Shown here piece by piece: positions 36,756 to 51,700 of a stretch of 64,000 nt of DNA. Source of the stretch: Pavona decussata (taxonomy: Eukaryota); NCBI GenBank assembly GCA_977016875.1, contig CDRNST010000175.1, positions 2,418,001 to 2,482,000 of the forward strand. The letters run 5' to 3'. A program made the translations under genes and the position numbers. Every line of letters starts with the position of its first letter. Position 1 is the first letter of the stretch. The notes under the pieces were generated by a model, which saw only the letters and a program-made list of their open reading frames with translations, made no database searches and had not been told where the DNA came from.

Positions 36756-39700
36756 ATGTTTCGCTTTTTCTTCGTGTTGGCGTTAGGCGTTTTCTTGGCT
36801 GGTTCTTTCGGAAAAACGCAGAGAAAGTCTGCAAATCAGGTAACGCCTGAGAAATGAGTTGCATATATGTAGCTAACAATTTTGGAAGTAGTCAGTGAAG
36901 TGGTTTCTCGCACTTTTTGTTTTCAAAAAAAAATTATCATCGTGAATTAAAAACTCGCCTCTAAATTTTGGCGCTGTCGCACTTTAAACTAAAAGGTGGA
37001 ACTATTTCTAGAAGGGTATATTCAATTTAAAAAAGCAAAACTTGGGAAAAACTGATTTATCCAGAATTTAGGAAACCAACTCATACGCCGAATTTATAGT
37101 ATTCTTTTAGCTATCCAGTCCCCTGGGCAGGGTAGCACTTTGCGTCCCCTCCAACAAAATTCGCTGTCCAGTCTCCACGCATTGTAGAAACGCCTGGCTA
37201 AGAATTTGTGCTGCAAAGGTTTTGAAGAAACTTACCTTTGATTAATGTTCGTAAGAGAAAAGAATTTGATCTTCAGAATACAAGTATAATTCCAGCGATT
37301 TTTAGCGAGGATTAGGGGCTGCGTGGTCAAAGATTGTTGGTTGATAATTATACTCAGAGCGGGATTTCTTGCGCCAAGTAAGGACTATGTAGGACTCTGC
37401 GAATTTTTGTCTTCACCACTGCATGAGGAATTGATTATTTTCGTTCTAGTCGGTTTGGAATTTCGTTATGTTTTAAGTGAGAGAATATCGCATTGCCTTA
37501 CAATGCCATCATTCACTTGAATTGCAAACAAAGTAAACTTATAATCATAATGACAGAATCTTATCCATCATTTGGGTGGCATACGTGTACATGGCCAGTC
37601 TTTTATGTTTCTAAATTATAGACTAATGTACCCACAAGCAAGTCAAAAAGCTGTGAAGCTGTTTCTCAAGCCTGTGGCTGTAAAGATGGTAAGTAAATTG
37701 AAAATCTTTATATTGCTATTATGCTGAGTGACCAATCAATTCCTCTCGATCTGTTGTTTACAAGTCACTGTTGACCATTTGATCCCCAAGTCCATCCTCT
37801 TTTTTTCTCCATTTGCCATCCACGTCTTCATATAGGACCAATATTTTACTTTTGTGCCTCAGCTTTGTGGCAAACTCTCTTAGCTGCAAAGCGACTCAGA
37901 ACATTGTTCTGTATAAAAATGACAGAATTTGTTAATCTTAGGCAGTGACTAAGTTCTCAGTTATTTTTTTTTTGGGTGGGGGGGGGGGGGGGGGTTGGGG
38001 GACACAATGTCATAGTTTGTGTTTGACGAATTAAAAAAGGGTGTAAATGAAGTAGGGAAAATGGAGCGGCTAAAATATTTTGACTTTAAATAGCAAAAAT
38101 TACCAAAATAAACAGAGTATATACAAAAGCACCGTAAAAAATATGCCTGGATAAACAGGGAATGCATTTACAATACGTGAACTAAAAGTATATATATAGG
38201 ATTGCTTTGAAAGGTTCTTGAGTATTATTCAGGATTTCAGTAATTTCGCGTTACACCAAATTCAAATTGCGGCGTACAATCGGCCTTTAACATTAGCTTT
38301 GTTGGAATTCTCCCTGCAGTTTGGCTGAATTAAGACATTTGTTCATGACAGAATTTAAGGATGTGATGGTTTTATATCTTGTGAACTGTGTTTTTGACAC
38401 CATTCTTTCTATTTTCCTTCTCCTCACCTTCTTTACAAATGGCAAATGGTATTTAATATTTAGACAGCAGAACTTACAATTCTGTTTTGTTCTCAGTCTT
38501 GTACATGTAAAAGAAATCCAGACTTTGAGGTGGCTTTGCGAAAACTCAAGATTGTGATATCCGCAAAATAAATTGACCACAATTTTGTTTAGAACAGTAA
38601 ACTGTATTTTTGGAGAAACTAATTTCACCAGCCCTTTCTAGACTTTCCACCCTCTTTATACCTTAAGGCTTTTATTGCTGATCCTGTTCTCTTTCTTCTT
38701 CCCAACTATTATGAGCTCCAGTGTTTTAATTTTCCCCTTTTTTAGATGTTTTGGTCAAAAAGGTACAATGTACAGTAAACTCTCTCATGGCGACCACTTC
38801 TCGTAAACGACCACCTGATGTAAGCAACCACTTTGTAAACAATCATTTTGTTTCTCAGTTAAACACTGTTTCAAAAGCTTTCTTGTACGCAACCACCACT
38901 CAAATTTCTTAAGGGACCGCGACCACTTTTTAGGCCAGAAATTACACATATTCTTTTATTTTCTGTATCTGGTAAGCGACCACCTAACACGCATGATCGT
39001 AAGTAAATCATTACCCAGAAGTGACAAACCTTCAGTTTTTAATGATGCTACCCCAGACTGCTGACAGATAATAACAGTTTACAGACAAAGAAGATGGCTA
39101 TAATTAGATCTGTAGGGAAACGGGAATTGTTACAGTGGTCTGTTCCAAAATGTCATACAAAGTCTCATCAGAAGAATGAATAGATGTAAAAAAAATCAAA
39201 TAAATTAGTTTCTATTGCCTAATGTTAGTTGCTAAGGTAATATTTTTATGCATTAGCCAAGTAATTAATCAGTCAGTATTAGGCTTATTTTGTTGACCTT
39301 TCCCGTAAGCGACCACCTCCCGTAAGCTGAAACCACTTTGTCATGCCCCAAGGGTGGTCCAGACGAGAGAGTTCACTGTATTTGCTTGCTGCATGTATAT
39401 ACCAAGGATTTTAATTTAGAAAATTTTGTTTAAATACTAGTAAAATAAATCATCTTTTGATGTCCATTAATTCAGCTCATGAATTGTTGCAAACAGTGGC
39501 ATGAATTGTGTCTGTGGATTAAAATTGATTTCTAAGAACCAGCTTTACTTAACGTATAGATCCCAAGTGTGACAGTGTTTTACCCTTTGATATGTTCTGT
39601 AGTTTTCATCTGTCTTTTACTGTGAATAATATTTCCTTTAATTTTTTGCAGGGAAGGATGGAAAAGATGGACAAAATGGTGTGTGTTCAATAACTTCAAA

Positions 39701-42700
39701 AAAAGTGTTATTAAACATAATATACTTAATTTAGGCTGCATTTACAGCTGTATGTAACCTGAGCCTTATTAAATGTTTCAGGAATTTTTTTGTTTAGAAT
39801 AATATAGTGCTGCACAGCTAACTATTGGTTAAATAAATGGCACCTTTTACAGTGGCAGTACTCTTTGTAACTCAAACCTCGACTAACTTGAACCAAAATC
39901 GATTTCCCCTGGATTTCCGTCTTACAGCTCATGTACATTGACTATAATTTTACCCTTGGTAGCTCAACCCCTCGATAACTTGAATCTTCCACTTACTCAA
40001 AGCAATTTTCGTTGCCCTTCAGGTCATTTTCTTTAATATAATGTTACCCTCAATAACTTGAACCCTGCTTGCATGTCTTTGAAGTTTACCTGCAAAGTTT
40101 GCACTGCCTCAGGTCTTCTCCTGCTGCTAATTGACATTGTTTTGTTTCACATTACATTATTTTACATTCTGATTTATACCTGTAATTTAGCAATACGGTA
40201 TTGTTCCATTTTCACTTAACTTTTCTATGATTGAATTTGATTAGAATTCTCAACTCTTGATGTTAACTTATCATTATTATTGATGACTTGAACCTTTTTC
40301 AATTCTGTGAATGATTTAAATTATGAGTTGTTGACTGTATGAATATGTAATTTTATAAACTCTTTCATTGTTTTCTTTATCTCAAGTAACTCAGACCATG
40401 GACACATGCAAGCTGAGAAATTTTAATAAAATAATGATAAGAACTTGGAACTTTTCAACATTAATAGTTTTAAATAGTATGCCCAGCTATAAAACAATGC
40501 AAGTTTCTAATCAGCTTATGTGGGTGTCAATATCAATTTGATTTTTTTTTTGTTTTACTTTCACAGGGAAAGATGGACGCGATGGAGTGAATGGTGAATT
40601 TTTTTTGTAGTCAAATTTTTTCCAGAATTCAATGTATTTTTTCTCTTCAAATACTACAGTACTTTAATAATGAGAGGCCCTAAATTTTCATTTTAATGTG
40701 TATTATATTTTATTGTTCTTGTTTCAATCATTGTGGGATATTTAGCACATTATAACTGATCATTGTTGGCACAAACTCAATATAATATAATTATTTCCCT
40801 TCCATCTTACCTTGTGTGTTACAAGCATTCAGGTTGGCCAGATTTTCAGAGGCGTCTGTTACTGTGTACAATGAAGTTTAAAATACATGGGAGGGGGGGG
40901 GGGGTATTTGCAAACAAGTTAATAAGAACTTTACATCACATGGCTAGTTCAGTGGATATGTTGAAAGGCTGTCGAAGTTGGCTGTTAACTTAACATAGAG
41001 CTATTTAATATAACTAATCTTGGTAAACTCTCTTACTGTACATGTACAACCACCTTTTAGTGTTACATTTAAATAATAGAAATTAATAAATTAAAGTAAA
41101 AATTGAATGTTGATGGGGATGTTCAGTAATTTATAGATGAAAAAATCTGGCCAAAATTCAGGCCTCGCTACAATAATAATTATTATAGCGAGGCCTGAAT
41201 TCTGGCCAGATTTTTTTCATCTACATTGGTAACATGTATCCATTTACTGGCTAATAGTGCCACTGCATGTGACCTGCAATCATTAAAAAAAAAAAAAAAA
41301 ACAAATAAGTTTGTATCATTGTTTGGGTTCTGTGCCACTGGGACATCTGAAATAGTTTATATGCGTGAATAACTTGTTTACTGTCAGAGATAAGCTGGAG
41401 TTGCTGAAAAGTCATTGAGCCAAAGTGTTATTAACTACATGTATTTAGACAATCTGGGAACTGACAGACAGACTGTCAGCAACCACATGCGTCCCAATAT
41501 ACATTTAGGTCACTCAATAACTATTATTTTAGGAGCTACTTCCATGAAAATCGAAAAATTTATTAAACAAGAATTTTGGGCTTCAGCTGGTATATTATTC
41601 ATAACCTTAAACCGTAAGAAAAGATATTATTCTATCAACCTGACATAAGTATACCCTTAAATAGGCTACCCGAAAGTATATAAAATGTGTCCGCCATTAC
41701 TCAAACAGCGAACTACTTAAGCAGAGAAATTTTGTGTAGTGGCTTCCCTCTCATGACGTCATCTTATCATCTTGGCGACATCCAAAAAGTGAGAAAAAGC
41801 AGATGAAATGCTCAAATTCTTCCCTTACTGTAATCGAATATGGCTCTCATTTCAGTTCTAACGATCGAGAGTGGTAGTGTAGCCGCTGCTAATTACACTC
41901 AGCTCTACTTTAACACTTTATTTGATATCTTCACCATTGCAAACTCATCCCGACGGTAAACAAATCCGTACCAGGACGGTTCTTGAAATACAAAGATTAA
42001 ATAAAAGATGTTAAAAATAATACTACAAGTAAACGACATGGAATAAGCAACTGAGAAACAATAGAAAACGAACGACTAACACAAGAACGTACCTTATCGG
42101 TGATTCTACAGAAAATTAACCAAGACGGGAAGAACGGCGAGACACAACTATACAAAACTGAAAATGATGCGCACACTGAAAACTTATGCAAAGAAAACTG
42201 GCTTAAAAAGGGTAAAAGGAGTGACAGAAAGGCTATTTACATACATAATGATCTATAAAGGTGTGGGGGCGAAAGGTATGAAAGATGTAACACACACAAA
42301 TAAAACAAAAGTAGGTAAAAAATTAGCCGCGCAGAAAAAGCTATAACTCGCTGTAACACACCGGCCCCCGAAAGGTGCATATAAGAAAGCCTTTCCAAAA
42401 AAACTAAGGTGTTCATAATGTCTGAGTTCAGTTATTTAACATCACTGTCCAGGTTAGTCTCTTTCAAATAAAGCCCCCTCTAAAAGGCAAAGTTTCCGCA
42501 CGTCGCGTCGTAGAACCGAGGAGGCCGTCCTGACCAAGACCTGTCTCACGAAACCGTGCTTGTCAGGAAATACTTCTTGAACAATACCCTTCGGCCAAAA
42601 ACCGCGAGGCGAAGCTTCGTCAACGACTAGAACCAAGTCACCAACAGCCAAGCTTGGGCGTGGACGGAGCCATTTCTGTTTTAGCTGAAGAGCCGGTATG

Positions 42701-45700
42701 TATTCGCGTATCCAACGCTTCCAAAACACATCAGCTAAATAATGTGCTTGCTTCCAACGCTTAGACGCATAAGACACGACATCACTGGTTTCTGTTGGAG
42801 ACTGACAGACATTTGGACGAAGCAATAGCAACTTGCTTGGGGTCAAGGGTTCGAGGTCCTGCGGGTCACTAGACGGTGGCGTGAGAGGGCGATCGTTAAG
42901 GATCTTCTCAACTTCTGCCATGAAAGTAAGGAGAGTCTCGTCATCGACCAGTTGAACGCCTAAGAGTGAGCGGAAAATCTTGCGTATGGAACGGATTATT
43001 CTTTCCCAGACTCCGCCAGCATGACTTGCTAACGGTGGATTGAAGTGCCAAGTAACGCCTCGTCTTCTGAGACAATTGTCGATTCGGTCGATGTTCCATT
43101 TCTCCAAGGCGGTCTTAATTTCTACTTCTGCTCCTCTGAAGTTGGTTCCATTGTCACTAAAGACTTCAACTGGTGAACCGCGTCTGCTGACGAATCTAGA
43201 GAACGTTTGTATAAAGGAATCGCTGGTAAGGTCGTGCGCAATCTCGATATGTACTGCTCGGACAGCTAAACACGTGAACAGACACCCGTATCTCTTCACA
43301 TGACTTCGTTTTAACTTGACAAGAATTGGGCCGAAGTAATCCACTCCCACTGAAGAGAACGGAGGCGACTGTGGGGTTACCCTTGCTCTGGGAAGAGGTG
43401 CCATTACTTGCTGGCATGGAGGAGCATTCCATTGACGACACTTCAAACACTTCCCAACAACACGACGAACAGCTGAATGTCCCTGAAGAATCCAAAATTT
43501 TCGTCTAATGCTGGAGAGGACTTGGTTTGCACCCACATGGCCTTCTGCTTCGTGATACTCTTTAACAATTAGGTCGGTGACGTAATTCTTGCCAGGCAGA
43601 ATCATTGGGTGTTTGGCGTCGAAACTAATAGGTGCCCTTTCAAGACGTCCTCCGACGCATATGATACCATTATGGATGAACGGACTCAGCTTACGTAGAG
43701 GACTGAGGTAACCCACGCATGCGAATCTCTTTCTGGATGGACGTGAGAGGCTTGAATCTAGAGAACTTGCTGAACGCTCCTTGGACAGAATTTCTAACTC
43801 TTTCGGGAAAGATTGGGCTTGAATGGCTTGAACTATTTCTCTTGTCGCACGGGAGATTTCTCCAACCGTCAAATTGCCCACTCGTGGTGCTTTCTTGGAC
43901 ACACGTGACTGAAGGTATTCTCGGAAACGTAACAACCAGGCGACGGATGCCTGAAGCTTGTTAAAGGAGGAGTGTGTCCGAAGTACGCGCTCGAGGATGT
44001 CTTCTCTTAATACTAAGTGGATTTGTGGCTTTTTCCTTTTCAATTCTGGATCCTCTTCACAACAATCAAGTATCTGGAAAGGGGATTGTGGCCATTCACT
44101 CTCATGTCTGCGGAGGAAGGCTGGACCATTAAGCCAACTTTCAAACTTCTCTGTCTCTAGAATTGACAAACCACGGGAAGCGTAGTCTGCAGGATTGGAC
44201 TGCGAGTCCACGTACCGCCACTGACATGGTGAGGACGCATCGTGAATTATCGACAATCTGTTAGCCACAAACGTCTGGAACCTCCTTGCCTCGTTACGGA
44301 TGTACTGAAGGACTATAGTAGAGTCTGTCCAGAACACAGTTTTGTGAACTTGAAGGTCAAGCTCGTCTTCGAGGAACTTATGCAATTTCACAGCTACGGT
44401 TGCAGCAGTCAGCTCCATTCGAGGAATTGTGATAGTTTTCAAGGGTGCTACCCGTGCCTTTCCAAGGAGTAATCCACTGTGAATATGACCTGAAACATCT
44501 ACAAACCGGATATACGATGCTGCACTGTATCCTTTCTCCGATGCATCGCCTAAGTGGTGCAGTTGAACATTAAGGAGGTTGCCAAACCCTCGAGGCTTCA
44601 TACAACGTGGCCAGCTAACAAGCTTCAGTTTTGGAAGATTATCAACCCAACCACGCCACTCCGTTAGCTTCTCATCAGGAATTTGATTGTCCCAGCCGAA
44701 GTCTTGCTTGCACAGTTCTTGAAAGATCATCTTGGCCGGCAATACAAGAGGGGCTGCGAATTCTAGCGGATCGTACACACCAGAAACCAAGGACAATATC
44801 CCCCTTCTAGTATCAGCGACTTCTTTCTCGGAGACACGGAAGCTTAATGTGTCCTTCTCGACATTCCACTGGGTTCCCAAGGCTCGATCAATCTTCAAAA
44901 TCTAGAGTCATCACAGACGGTGCCCGCTCTGAAGCCGGTATAAACTCAAGAACTTCACGGCAATTGCTTATCCACTTTGTAAGATGAAACCCGCCTTTGG
45001 AAAGCAAGTCCGTCAATTGGTGCACCAATCTTTTCGCATCAGGAACTGAGAACACCGACTTCAAGCAATCATCGACGTAGAAGTTGCGATAAACTGTGTC
45101 AACTGTCTGGACGTCAAATTCACTTTGATTATCACGTGCCGTTTTCCTGAGGGCGAAACTGGCACAACATGGCGATGATTTGGCGCCAAATAGATGTACT
45201 AACATCTGATGATCAACAAGGTTGTTTGAAGGATTGCCATCTTCCCACCAAAGAAACCGCAGGGCATGACAGTCGTCCGGTGCCACAAGTACCTGGTGGA
45301 ACATCCCCTCTATGTCCGACATTAGTGCTATGGGTTCTTGCCGGAATCTGAGTAGAACACCTGCGAGATTATTCGTAAGATCCGGACCTTGGAGGAGTTG
45401 ATCGTTCAAAAGAAGTATCACGGAACCTTGCTGCGCAATCGAAAACAACTCTTACTTTCCCAGGTTTTTGGGGATGAAAAACTGGATGATGAGGCAAGTA
45501 CCACAGTGGTTTGTCATCAACGTAGACTTGGTCTTCGGGAACTCTCCTGGTGTGGCCCCTTGAGATGTAGTCTTCAACAGTCGATCTGTACTTCTCAAAA
45601 AGGGGGGCGTCCTTTTGGAAACGTCTTTCTAGGAACCTCATTCTTCGTACAGCGACATCTCGGTTATTCGGTAGGCAAGGAGACTTGAAGCGCCATGGGA

Positions 45701-48700
45701 GAGGTAACTGATAGTGACCATTTCTAAGGCAGGCGGAACTCTCCTGAATGGCCAGGGCTCGTTGGTCTTCAATTGACATGGCTTGCTTCACACTAGATAA
45801 GGACTCATTGAAGTCTGCGTCATATAACCTCTTAAGCTGGCTGGAGATCATCTCCGGGCCGCCACTAATAAAGTTGACATGCACTTCTGAACTCTTGCTA
45901 TGTTGTAAAGGACCAATGAGTGTCCATCCAAGTAGCGTACGGGCTGCATAAGGCTGCTTTCTTTTACCGCATCTTTGTTCAAATACCCAATGGGCTTCAG
46001 GGTTGTCATTACCGATCAGGATCTCCACCTTTTGGTCTTCAAGCTTTGGAAACTCAATGCCGTGTAAATGAGACCATCCTCGAACATCTTCATCGGTTGG
46101 TATGCTCCGTCTTGAAACCGGGAGATGGTCCACTGTCCACGCTTTGTTCAAATGTATACTGTCATCTGACTTGAGAGCCTTGACGTTCAATTCCACCTCA
46201 AAACCGCTTCTGGATCGGTCTTTCTCGTTTACGGTTGTAAGAGAGAACGTCATAGGTTTCCCTGACAAGCCCAGGGTTTCTGCCAAACTATTGGAGCAGA
46301 GAGTGATATCCGAGCCATCATCTAGGAAAGCGTATGTCTCTACCTCGGGACCGCCATCCGCACCACTGACTCTCACGGGAACTATACGCAGGCTCACACG
46401 AGGTTTTCCGGTACCAATGGCTGCACACTGGCCTTCATCACTAGCTCTGTCAACGTTTACCTTCTCAGGGGTATCCACTGTGGCCCTGTCAGCGGGTTGG
46501 TTTGTTTCTTCAAGGACTCTGTCGCCAGGAGGATGCAGCAACGAGTGGTGACGTTTCCCACATCCACTGAAGAGGCAAGCCCTAAATTGCCTGCAGCGCC
46601 TTACAAAGTGGTTGCTTCTCAGGCAGTTGATGCATAATCTTTTGTCCAACACAAACTTTCTACGTTCTTCATAGGATTTGTCTCTAAATTTGAAGCATCT
46701 CTCGAGATCATGATTACCATTGCAGAACAAACACGTAGTCACAGGAGCTTGCTTGTTTGCATGCTGCTTCGAGCCAAGAGCTTTCTGTGGACTCGGGATA
46801 GACGAGGTACCATTTGAACCTTGAGTCGCGAGAGTTGTTACTTTCACCGCAGGGGCATCGTCTGATTTTCTTCTTGCTCTTTGTGTAATCCCTTTGTCTT
46901 CATTCGGTCTAGTACCAACCAATTTTCCGAAGGCAGTATTGGCTACAGCGGCTCTCTTTTCCACGAAATTTGTTAGGTGAGAGAACTCAGGTTCGATATC
47001 AGCTTCAATCAACTTGCTTGACACTTCTGCCCACTTCGCCTGGATGTGAGGTGGCAGGCGCATTACAACCTTTCTGAGAGTATCCATCGAATTTATATCT
47101 GCTTTGTATCGCATATGCTCAGAGCTCATAACGCAATTTCTCATGTCTCTCGCTAGCTGCGACAGCTTCTCGGCGTCCGACGCTCGGATTTGAGGTCCCA
47201 TAACAACTCTTTCAATAAACGCACGCACAATGATGTGTTTCTGACCGAAATTCTTCTGCAAGATATCTTTTGCTTCGCGGTAACCTTGCCCAGGAGGCAA
47301 GATAACCCAGTTCTCGATGGCATCTTTTGCGACACCTGAGCAAAACTGGATCAGGTAGGACAGTCTTTCATCGTCCGTGTTAACTCTACGTTCCACATTG
47401 ATTTCAAAGCTCTTTATAAATCGGGGATACTTCCTAGGATCGCCATCAAAGGGGATAACTTCTCTTTTCGGCATTTCGAGCCTTTCGAGGCCAGAGGACA
47501 AGTAGCGGACTGTTTTTTCCTGCTGTTGGCTCAAAAGGCGCTGAAGGTCTGAGGCTTCAATAACTGCTTCGTTTTTCTTATGATCTCTGGACCCTTTATT
47601 TGGTACGACTGCTGGTAGCTCGCGTGACTTAGGCAGAAAACCAGACGAGAATTCATGAGCTTGTCCAGGATCCCTTTCACAAGACTGAAGATATTTTCCA
47701 ATGGCTTCATCAGGCGTCTGTTTTGGCAATTGATTAAAGGACTCAAATACGCGCTCGGAATCACTGCAAAACTCCACCTCGATCTGTGCCTGGTCAGCCT
47801 CAAATCTGGCCTTAAACAGCTCCTTTTCCTTGTCTAGACGCTGCCTCTCGTGCTCTAACTGTTGCAGACGACTTAGGAGCCCCAGTTCCTCTTCAACTTT
47901 CTTCACTTGAAGTCTGGCCTTCGCAAGCTTTACCTTGGACGACTGCGAAGCTTTGCTAACTCTCGAGCTACCACGTGAATCCCCGGTGAAAGAACGGGTA
48001 ACCCAAACTGAATCGTCATCTGGAAACGTATCATGCGGAATATCGCGTGAACTCTGTGGTGCTGCATCTCGAGGGATCTCGAGAGAAGGGCGTGGGATAC
48101 CCTCGCGTGAGTATCCCTCGCGAGGACTCTCGCACGAAGAAGGGTGTGGCTGATTTCCCACGAACACACTGTCACGAGGAACCACGCGTGGGCCCTCGCG
48201 CGGAGCGGGATCCAATTCGGGACGTGAAGTTGCCGATTCGCACGACTGACTAAACCACCGAGCAAATTCCTCGTCAAAAAGGCCATTCGTTTCTATTTCA
48301 CGCATATGATCTTGCAACGCCCGTTCGTGTTCGTCTGAAACTGTCAATAACTGTAACAAATCTTTTGCCTTCGCGTTATACCTCATAAATAAACCGTCCA
48401 GCGTACATTTCTTGTCTAAAACTTCCACAAGACTTCCACTATTCGAAAACAACCACTCCAATTCTTTGTATGACCTCGTTAAGTGACCTCTGTAGGCTGA
48501 TAACGATCGTCTAAGTTGATTAATCTGACCCTCATCCAACAACGCGCAACTCGACGTTCGCCGCGTAAATCCTGACCCGCCTTCTGCCATAATGGAACTT
48601 GATTCAGCAAGGAAGGGAAACTCCGCTAATAATCCATCGTAACGATAAGAACCATGTAGCCGCTGCTAATTACACTCAGCTCTACTTTAACACTTTATTT

Positions 48701-51700
48701 GATATCTTCACCATTGCAAACTCATCCCGACGGTAAACAAATCCGTACCAGAACGGTTCTTGAAATACAAAGATTAAATAAAAGATGTTAAAAATAATAC
48801 TACAAGTAAACGACATGGAATAAGCAACTGAGAAACAATAGAAAACGAACGACTAACACAAGAACGTACCTTATCGGTGATTCTACAGAAAATTAACCAA
48901 GACGGGAAGAACGGCGAGACACAACTATACAAAACTGAAAATGATGCGCACACTGAAAACTTATGCAAAGAAAACTGGCTTAAAAAAGGTAAAAGGAGTG
49001 ACAGAAAGGCTATTTACATACATAATGATCTATAAAGGTGTGGGGGCAAAAGGTATGAAAGATGTTACACACACAAATAAAACAAAAGTAGGTAAAAAAA
49101 TTAGCCGCGCAGAAAAAGCTATAACTCGCTGTAACAGGTAGTTTTCAAGACAATTAGGGATGATTCTCAGTGAAGTAAAAGGATACGATGACATCACAAT
49201 TTTCTACTCAGCCCAACTCTCCTTGTAGTTCACGGACATTTTTGTATTGTGTGATGGAGGAAAACCGAATGTGGAAATTACGCTTGAAATAATTGAGCTT
49301 ACCATTGGAATTACTTGTACTTAAAATTTGGCATGGGTATAGTACTTTCTTCCTTAATACTTTTGAATGCTGTTGGAAAAAAGGAAACTAGGTATAAAGA
49401 TAAAATTTTGAATTACAGTCTGTAGCACTTTAATATTATATAATTATTAAACCTTTCAAGACTGAAACATTCAGCTCATACTTGTGTGTACAAATAATTG
49501 ATGATTTTTTCATGACCCTTATTTATAACACAGGAAAAGATGGCCGTGATGGACAGGATGGCAGAGCTGGAGCAAAGGTTAATTGGTTTTTTTCTTCTTC
49601 TTGCTTTTGTTGATGTTAGTAGAATTTAGTTTTTACCTTTTTTCCTCATTTGTCAGGGAGACAAAGGTGAAGTAGGGATGCGGGGACTGGATGGTAATCC
49701 TGGTATTAAGGTACATGTACTCATTATTGTTTTGTATTTTATTGCACATGTAAAGATGACTTTTGTCTATGATTACTATCCTGCATTGAGTGAAGAAATC
49801 ACTTCTTTCCACAAGTCATCATTCGAATATTTTAGGTTCTCAATTAATTTGAGTTCTGTCTCAATTATGGACAAAGATCAAGAGAATGTTCCCAGGATTG
49901 TAATATGGTTAGTCCCCTGTGCAGATGCTCCTTGGGCTAGTCACGTAATATCACAGGGGATGATTGCAATAATTGACAAACCTGAAGACAATATGCTATA
50001 ACACAGTTGAAAGTGTTTTAGGGTGCATTCAATTGACCCTACTCCAGAATAGGAATACATGCAATGATGGCAGTAACTCCCTCATAACAGGTTTTTTGAG
50101 TTACTGAGTACAAAATGGCTTTTAAATTAATTATCATACATCAGCGAAAGTTTGCCCAAATCTCCTCCCAAATTTACTCAATAAGAGAAATGTAACAGCT
50201 ATCCACTTTAATTCTTATTCCAGAATACAGTCAATGGAACACAACCAGTTGTTCCAGGAGTAACTAGGAGAACATCTGTTCTTTTAATAGTTATAATTTA
50301 GTAATTACATGTATTTTTCTTTTCATTTTTCAGGGAGAGAAAGGTGAAGTGGGGTTGCAAGGAAGGGATGGGAGCGCATTTTTATTTTGCCTTTAATATT
50401 TAAAAGAAAAATTTTAACTTCGATGAAATTCTTTATAATTTTACAGTAAGGTGTCTTTGTTGTCATCTTCTCCTTCCAGTTCCTTTGAAAGTAAAACAGA
50501 GGAAAATTAGCCCCGTTGGTTTTGAGCGTTGTGCATATGACTTCGCTTTCCAGGAGTTTCAGCTTGTCCACCCCTTTTCCTCACTCCTGGCCATTTGCGA
50601 ATCGAATAATGGCAGTAAGCGAAAACCAAAAACTATTTTAAAATAATTCCCATGTGAATTTGAAAATAAAAATTGGCATCATGGTACCTATTTAGCACTT
50701 GCTTATTTCAAAATCTGAATAGAACAGGATATGCAAAATTTTTGTTGTTGTAGCACTTTAAACGTTATTGAAGCATTTTGAAAATACTGGTAGAGTATTC
50801 CACATAATTTAGTTAATGAAGAGGCTTGAGTTGAACTACAGTTCATACTGGCTGATTACAAATAACATACATGTAATAAAGTTGCACATTTAGCTTTTTT
50901 TGTCAAATAAAAAAGAACTTAGCTTATTATTTTCTTTAAAATGAAAGGGACGTACACAAAAGAGCCTGTACATATGGTTGAAGGATTTCTCATGTTTACT
51001 TGACCATGAAAAATAAAGCTAATGTCTTGTTTTATTTAACATTGGGCTCTCCAGGCAAAAGTAGGAGGGCCAGGCAAATTTTGGGGTACTAAATGTTTCA
51101 TATGAATTTTTCATCGCCATGTAGCTTTCAGGGGTATATCTCTGGTTCATTTTGCTCTCTGTGGTTTAATTATTTTTCTGCGTCTTATAAAGCTATGCAG
51201 GAATACATGTAGTTTTTGCTGTTTACGAATACAACTCCTCCAAAATATACAATCATGGTCCATGTGTAAGAACTTCACAGTTCTAACAATGAAACCATCA
51301 GGCTTTAAAACCAGGTTTGTCCAGTTAAATGACTGCTACCTAGTTTTAATAGCACTGGCCTTCGCTCATATTTGCATATGCAATATGTGATATGCGATTA
51401 AATAAACTTACTTACTTACGGTAATTACTTACATGGACTTACATACTTACTTATAAACTTTAAGGTAAAAACCCTAATGACTCAATAGTGCCATTGATAG
51501 ATTGGCTTTCCGTAAAGAAAGATGAACGATGAATGAACGCCAAAATAACCACTTTAACTGATCACAACATATTTAAAAATGTGCACAAAACAAAGAATAA
51601 AGTGATCAGAACTCAAAGCAAATTCACCTTAACACAGTGCAGGCCAAGTGCAGGGAAACACATGTGAGCGTGTATCAAGTAGGTTCTTTTTGATTTCTAA

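Larger units (their letters stand above)
41878..49136 (-). mobile_element. BEL/Pao LTR retrotransposon, young and nearly intact
   Basis: LTRs at 41878-42358 and 48655-49136 (4 substitutions plus 1 indel), 5-bp TSD GGTAG. Gag with three Cys/His knuckles, protease FLDDGSD, RT NFYVDD, RNase H DASEKGY, integrase GVDYFGP/SDNGTNF. Two frameshifts (~45410 and ~44890). PBS begins TGG at 48654; G-rich PPT at 42361-42370. Confidence 0.97.
41531..49429. mobile_element. Possible Kolobok-like non-autonomous element that received the BEL/Pao insertion
   Basis: Ends TTTT-AGGAGCTAC and GTAGCACT-TTAA. The flanking ~350 and ~290 bp are absent from the copy A intron. Confidence 0.4.

Noticed and set aside
37323-37520. 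Hydrophobic ORFs conserved between copies B and C (37323-37520, 61644-61934)
   Set aside because: They lie in intron 1, differ in start and stop, and their similarity is explained by the recent segmental duplication.
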